Positions 28,870 to 32,000 of a stretch of 32,000 bases of DNA are shown piece after piece. The stretch covers positions 6,447-38,446 of the forward strand of contig SUPR01000024.1 of assembly GCA_005191425.1 (NCBI GenBank), read 5' to 3'. How positions within the stretch are numbered: the first letter of the stretch is position 1; every line of letters starts with the position of its first letter. This stretch comes from Candidatus Helarchaeota ASGARD archaeon Hel_GB_B. GTDB taxonomy: Archaea > Asgardarchaeota > Lokiarchaeia > Helarchaeales > HEL-GB-B. The notes beneath the pieces are model-generated. The model was not told the origin of the DNA and searched no databases. It was given only the letters and a program-made list of their open reading frames with translations. Position numbers and translations under genes: made by a program.

Positions 28870-29046
28870 AATTCCCTTTTTTTTGTTCACTTCAAGATCA
28901 AAATAAAGAATGTAAAGTTGGGCTTGGGCACTCTGCAGTACTTTGCTCTTTGCCCCATACTATTTCAATGGTTCATTAACTAAATTATCTTTTAAATATT
29001 ATTTAATAAAATAGATAAAAACACTAATTCATTTAATTATATTAAT

Positions 29047-29505
29047 ATGAAAACTTCTGAAGTTTTAAAAATTTTGGATATTTCAAGACCGACTTTATAT
29101 CGGTATCGAAAAAAAATCTTATTAAAGCAATACGATTCCCTAAATCGGTGGGATTATGGTGAGAAATCGGTCTATAATCTCTTTAACAAGGATATTCTAC
29201 GAAAAGTTTATATTTATGCAAGGGTCTCTACGAGAAAGCAAAAAAAAGAATTAGAAAATCAAATCTTATTACTAAAAACTTAGCGTTTTCAAAACGGACT
29301 ATAAATAAATTGTATTTTTTCTGATATAACTTCAGGAATATCGTTTGAAAAAAGACCTAGTTTCTTTCAAATGTTAGATGATATATTTGATAAGAAAGTC
29401 GAGAAAGTAATCATTATGTATAAAGATAGGATAAGTAGAGTTGGTCTTGAATTATTTTATTACTTGTTTAAGAAGTTTGGAATAGAAATTGTTGTAATAG
29501 TTTAA
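29047..29505 (+). pseudogene. tnpA: IS607-family TnpA (MerR-HTH plus serine recombinase), disrupted and truncated
   Basis: HTH followed by IYARVST. The same frame continues past stops at 29281 (TAG) and 29302 (TAA): SDITSGISFEKR...YKDRISRVG...FGIEIVVI. The C-terminus is missing. Confidence 0.88.
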
Positions 29506-30033
29506 GTCAATAAAAGACAAGCAAAAATATAAGTTTGAGACCAAGCAATTACAACGGTTGACTTTAAAAAGAAATAATAAGATAAAAGACATTATTCATA
29601 AAGTTTCTCGTAAAATAATTAATTACTGTAAAGAGTATGACATAGGGACAATAGTTTTTTGTTATAATAACGGGTGGAAACAGACCATAAAAATTGGAAA
29701 AAGAAATAACCAAAATTTTGTGCAAGTTCCTTTTTCAAAATTGCTCCAAGTGGTGCAGTATAAAGCAAAATTAGTAGGAATTGAAGTGAAAATAATTAAT
29801 GAAAGTCATATTTCTAAATGTAGTTTTTTAAATGTGAGCCAATTGAACACCATGACCACTACTTAGGAAAGAAAATAAAGAGAGGGTTGTTCAGGACAGC
29901 CAATGGGAAGATAATAAATGCAGATGTGAACGTAGCTTACAACATAATAAAAAAAGCAGTCCCGAAAACTTTTGATAAAGTGGACGGGATAGAGGCGTTT
30001 GGGGTCACGCCAATATCTGTTCGTATTGAATAG
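29504..30033 (+). pseudogene. tnpB: TnpB (RuvC) C-terminal fragment with a frameshift
   Basis: KRNNKIKDIIHKVSR...GWKQTIKIGKRNNQNFVQVPF...ESHISKCSFL. After a frameshift near 29835 it reads EPIEHHDHYLGKKIKRGLFRTANGKIINADVN...GVTPISVRIE*. Confidence 0.88.
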
Positions 30034-30260
30034 ATATAAAATTTATTCTCCTATTATTAGCATAGGAAAATGAATAAACCCTTTTTACATAAAATTTAAA
30101 CTTTTTTTTTCTCTCACTTTTTTTCTAAATTTTTTTTCATCTCAACTTTTGTAATAATCACAATCATTGTTTTTTAAAGTTATTTATGCAAATATTTTAT
30201 TTACAACAAGAACTTGGAATATTTATAAAATAGAATAAATAAAACACATAAAATTAAAAT

Positions 30261-30692
30261 TTACTTTGTATAATTTCTCAGTGCTTCTTTTAAAGAATTT
30301 ATTGCAAGAATAGCACAGTGTTTATGTTCTTCAGGAAGACCACCTAATGCATCTTCGATATCAGTGGGGTTTAGATTAAGAGCATAATTAACAGATTTTC
30401 CTTTTATCATGATAGTGGTCATAGACCCAGCGGCAACAGTAGCTCCACATCCATCAGTTAAGAATTTAGCGTCTTTAATAATATTATCTTCAATTTTAAT
30501 AAAAAATTGAATAGTATCACCACATGGACCTTTATAACTAGATTTATTGACTTTCCAATCGTCCATTGAACCCCAATTTTGTGGATTATAAAACAACTCT
30601 ACTACTTTTTTTGAGTATACTTTTAGATCTTCTTCGATTATTTCCTTCTGTATTTGATCAACCCAATCATCGAAATCAGATTTTTCTGACAA
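30261..30692 (-). CDS. IscU/NifU-like Fe-S cluster scaffold protein
   Basis: Three conserved Cys: GPCGD, TDGCGA, EHKHCA; TTG start. Confidence 0.92.
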   Translation of the reverse strand: MSEKSDFDDWVDQIQKEIIEEDLKVYSKKVVELFYNPQNWGSMDDWKVNKSSYKGPCGDTIQFFIKIEDNIIKDAKFLTDGCGATVAAGSMTTIMIKGKSVNYALNLNPTDIEDALGGLPEEHKHCAILAINSLKEALRNYTK

Positions 30693-30936
30693 TTAATCAA
30701 CACCTCTTTTAATGAATTGAGGACTACTTAATTTATTCAAATGGCATATAATAATAATTAAAAAATGTATTAAGAATTTTGTGTAAAATAAAAGTTTATA
30801 ATGTTCTAATATTTGTAAGAATTTATTATAGGGTTAAGAAAACAATAAATAATACAATTATCATTTCTAAATAAGAACTAAAAATTTATTTAGATAAAAT
30901 TAATAATGACTAGAAATTACATAAACTGAACTGAAG

Positions 30937-31539
30937 TTATCTTGTAGAAGCAGCTATTCTTTCTTTTTCTTCTTTTCTTTTAATCGCACCACTATTAGAG
31001 TCATTATAAGCAGCAAGAATTAGTTCATTTGCAATACATTCCTCGATAGTTAATATATTATTAAAAGATGCTTTCCAACATTCTTCAACAAGATATTTAA
31101 GAGCTAGGTCTAACCTTCTTTGAGGGGATACATCAACAGCTTGACTATAAGCAATTCCACCATAGCTTACTCTGGTAGTCTCTTCTCTAGGAGCACAATT
31201 TTCTATGGCGTTAATAAGAATTTGAACAGGATTTTTTCCAGTCTTTAAATGAATTATATCAAAAGCTCGTTCGACAATTTTTATTGCTTTCTCCTTTTTT
31301 CCAGAAATATGGCGGGTTTGTCTACCACTATGACGTCTGGAAGCAAGTCCGGGAACCATTAACCTATTAATATACCTTTCTACAATTGGTATATTACTTT
31401 TCCTGAATCTTTTGTGTTCATGGCGTCCATGTGTATGTGGTATTATAATTGGGTCTAGATTAATATACCGTGCCAGACCCGGGTCGCTAATTTTAATATT
31501 AGATTGGTCCCATTTATGGAATAGTTTTAAGTTATACAT
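30937..31539 (-). CDS. rps7: 30S ribosomal protein uS7
   Basis: [49 protein letters not shown]. Confidence 0.97.
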   Translation of the reverse strand: MYNLKLFHKWDQSNIKISDPGLARYINLDPIIIPHTHGRHEHKRFRKSNIPIVERYINRLMVPGLASRRHSGRQTRHISGKKEKAIKIVERAFDIIHLKTGKNPVQILINAIENCAPREETTRVSYGGIAYSQAVDVSPQRRLDLALKYLVEECWKASFNNILTIEECIANELILAAYNDSNSGAIKRKEEKERIAASTR

Positions 31540-31752
31540 TTAAGTTTCACAAATTCTAATGATTAATATTAATTTTTTAATAATGAATAGATAAATCGAT
31601 AACACTTTTTTTCTTACTTGATAACTTTTAAAGATTGTGATAATTGGAAAAGAGTAGTTAAAAAGTTTGTGGTAAACAATATGAGAAAAAGATTTAAGAA
31701 ATTAATTAACAAATTCGGAAATTAAAAAGATTAAGAAATATAAATAGAGCGA

Positions 31753-32000
31753 TTATCCTTCCAGTAGAGCGCGACATCTAGAACAGTACTTTTCTCCAGG
31801 TGGGTTCATGAATTGGCAGTTTGGACACTCTTTCCAAGTAGGATACCATTTAAAAATATTTAACAATAATCTAGAGTTATCTTTTTTTGATATGCCCGTA
31901 ATTTCATCATTAGTGAAAATTCCTTCGCTACCAAAAAATACAATCTTACCTTTTCCATAATTAAAAATTGCAAGAATAGGTACACAAGGGGGGTCACTAT
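31753..32000 (-). CDS. C-terminal end of a protein with a GATase-like/DUF4350-type segment and a terminal zinc ribbon (partial; not in the ORF track)
   Basis: Manual translation: SDPPCVPILAIFNYGKGKIVFFGSEGIFTNDEITGISKKDNSRLLLNIFKWYPTWKECPNCQFMNPPGEKYCSRCRALLEG*. Confidence 0.7.
   Translation of the reverse strand, partial: SDPPCVPILAIFNYGKGKIVFFGSEGIFTNDEITGISKKDNSRLLLNIFKWYPTWKECPNCQFMNPPGEKYCSRCRALLEG

Larger units (their letters stand above)
29047..30080 (+). mobile_element. Internally deleted IS607-family insertion sequence relic (ends not precisely defined)
   Basis: The tnpA fragment abuts the 3' part of tnpB at 29504; a stem-loop lies at 30042-30078. Confidence 0.8.

Noticed and set aside
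1-32000. CRISPR array or rRNA
   Set aside because: No regularly spaced direct repeats and no rRNA-like GC-rich tract were seen.

Overview
Very AT-rich archaeal window. It is most likely Asgard (Loki/Hel-like): EF-1alpha carries the TACK/eukaryote-type insert KGEFEAGISAGGQTREH and a GHVDAGKSTTTGHL P-loop, and SecY is strongly Sec61alpha-like. Positions 1-7.5 kb hold a glycosylation module: three GT4 glycosyltransferases (one partial and missed by the ORF track), a Wzx-like flippase fused to a SAM methyltransferase, a small two-TM protein resembling eukaryotic DPM2 by eye, and PGI/PMI. Positions 7.7-24.4 kb are the ribosomal superoperon: S19-L22-S3-L29-Rpp29-S17-[unknown 289 aa gene]-L14-L24-S4e-L5-S14-S8-L6-L32e-L19e-L18-S5-[membrane protein and L30 on the minus strand, Hsp20-like]-L15-SecY-L34e-Cmk-L14e-Cbf5-RsmC-like MTase. 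Next come an intron-containing tRNA-Ser, an HDAC-family gene, and S10 and EF-1alpha (minus strand). The window ends with a DUF6506-like gene, an internally deleted IS607-family tnpA/tnpB relic, IscU/NifU, S7 and a partial zinc-ribbon protein. The most notable observations are the possible Vps28-CTD-like gene inside the r-protein cluster, the DPM2-like gene between the GTs and PMI, the flippase-MTase fusion, a probable ATT start for cbf5, the inverted L30, and a tRNA intron that recreates a second Ser anticodon loop. All family calls were made by eye from motifs; no searches were run.
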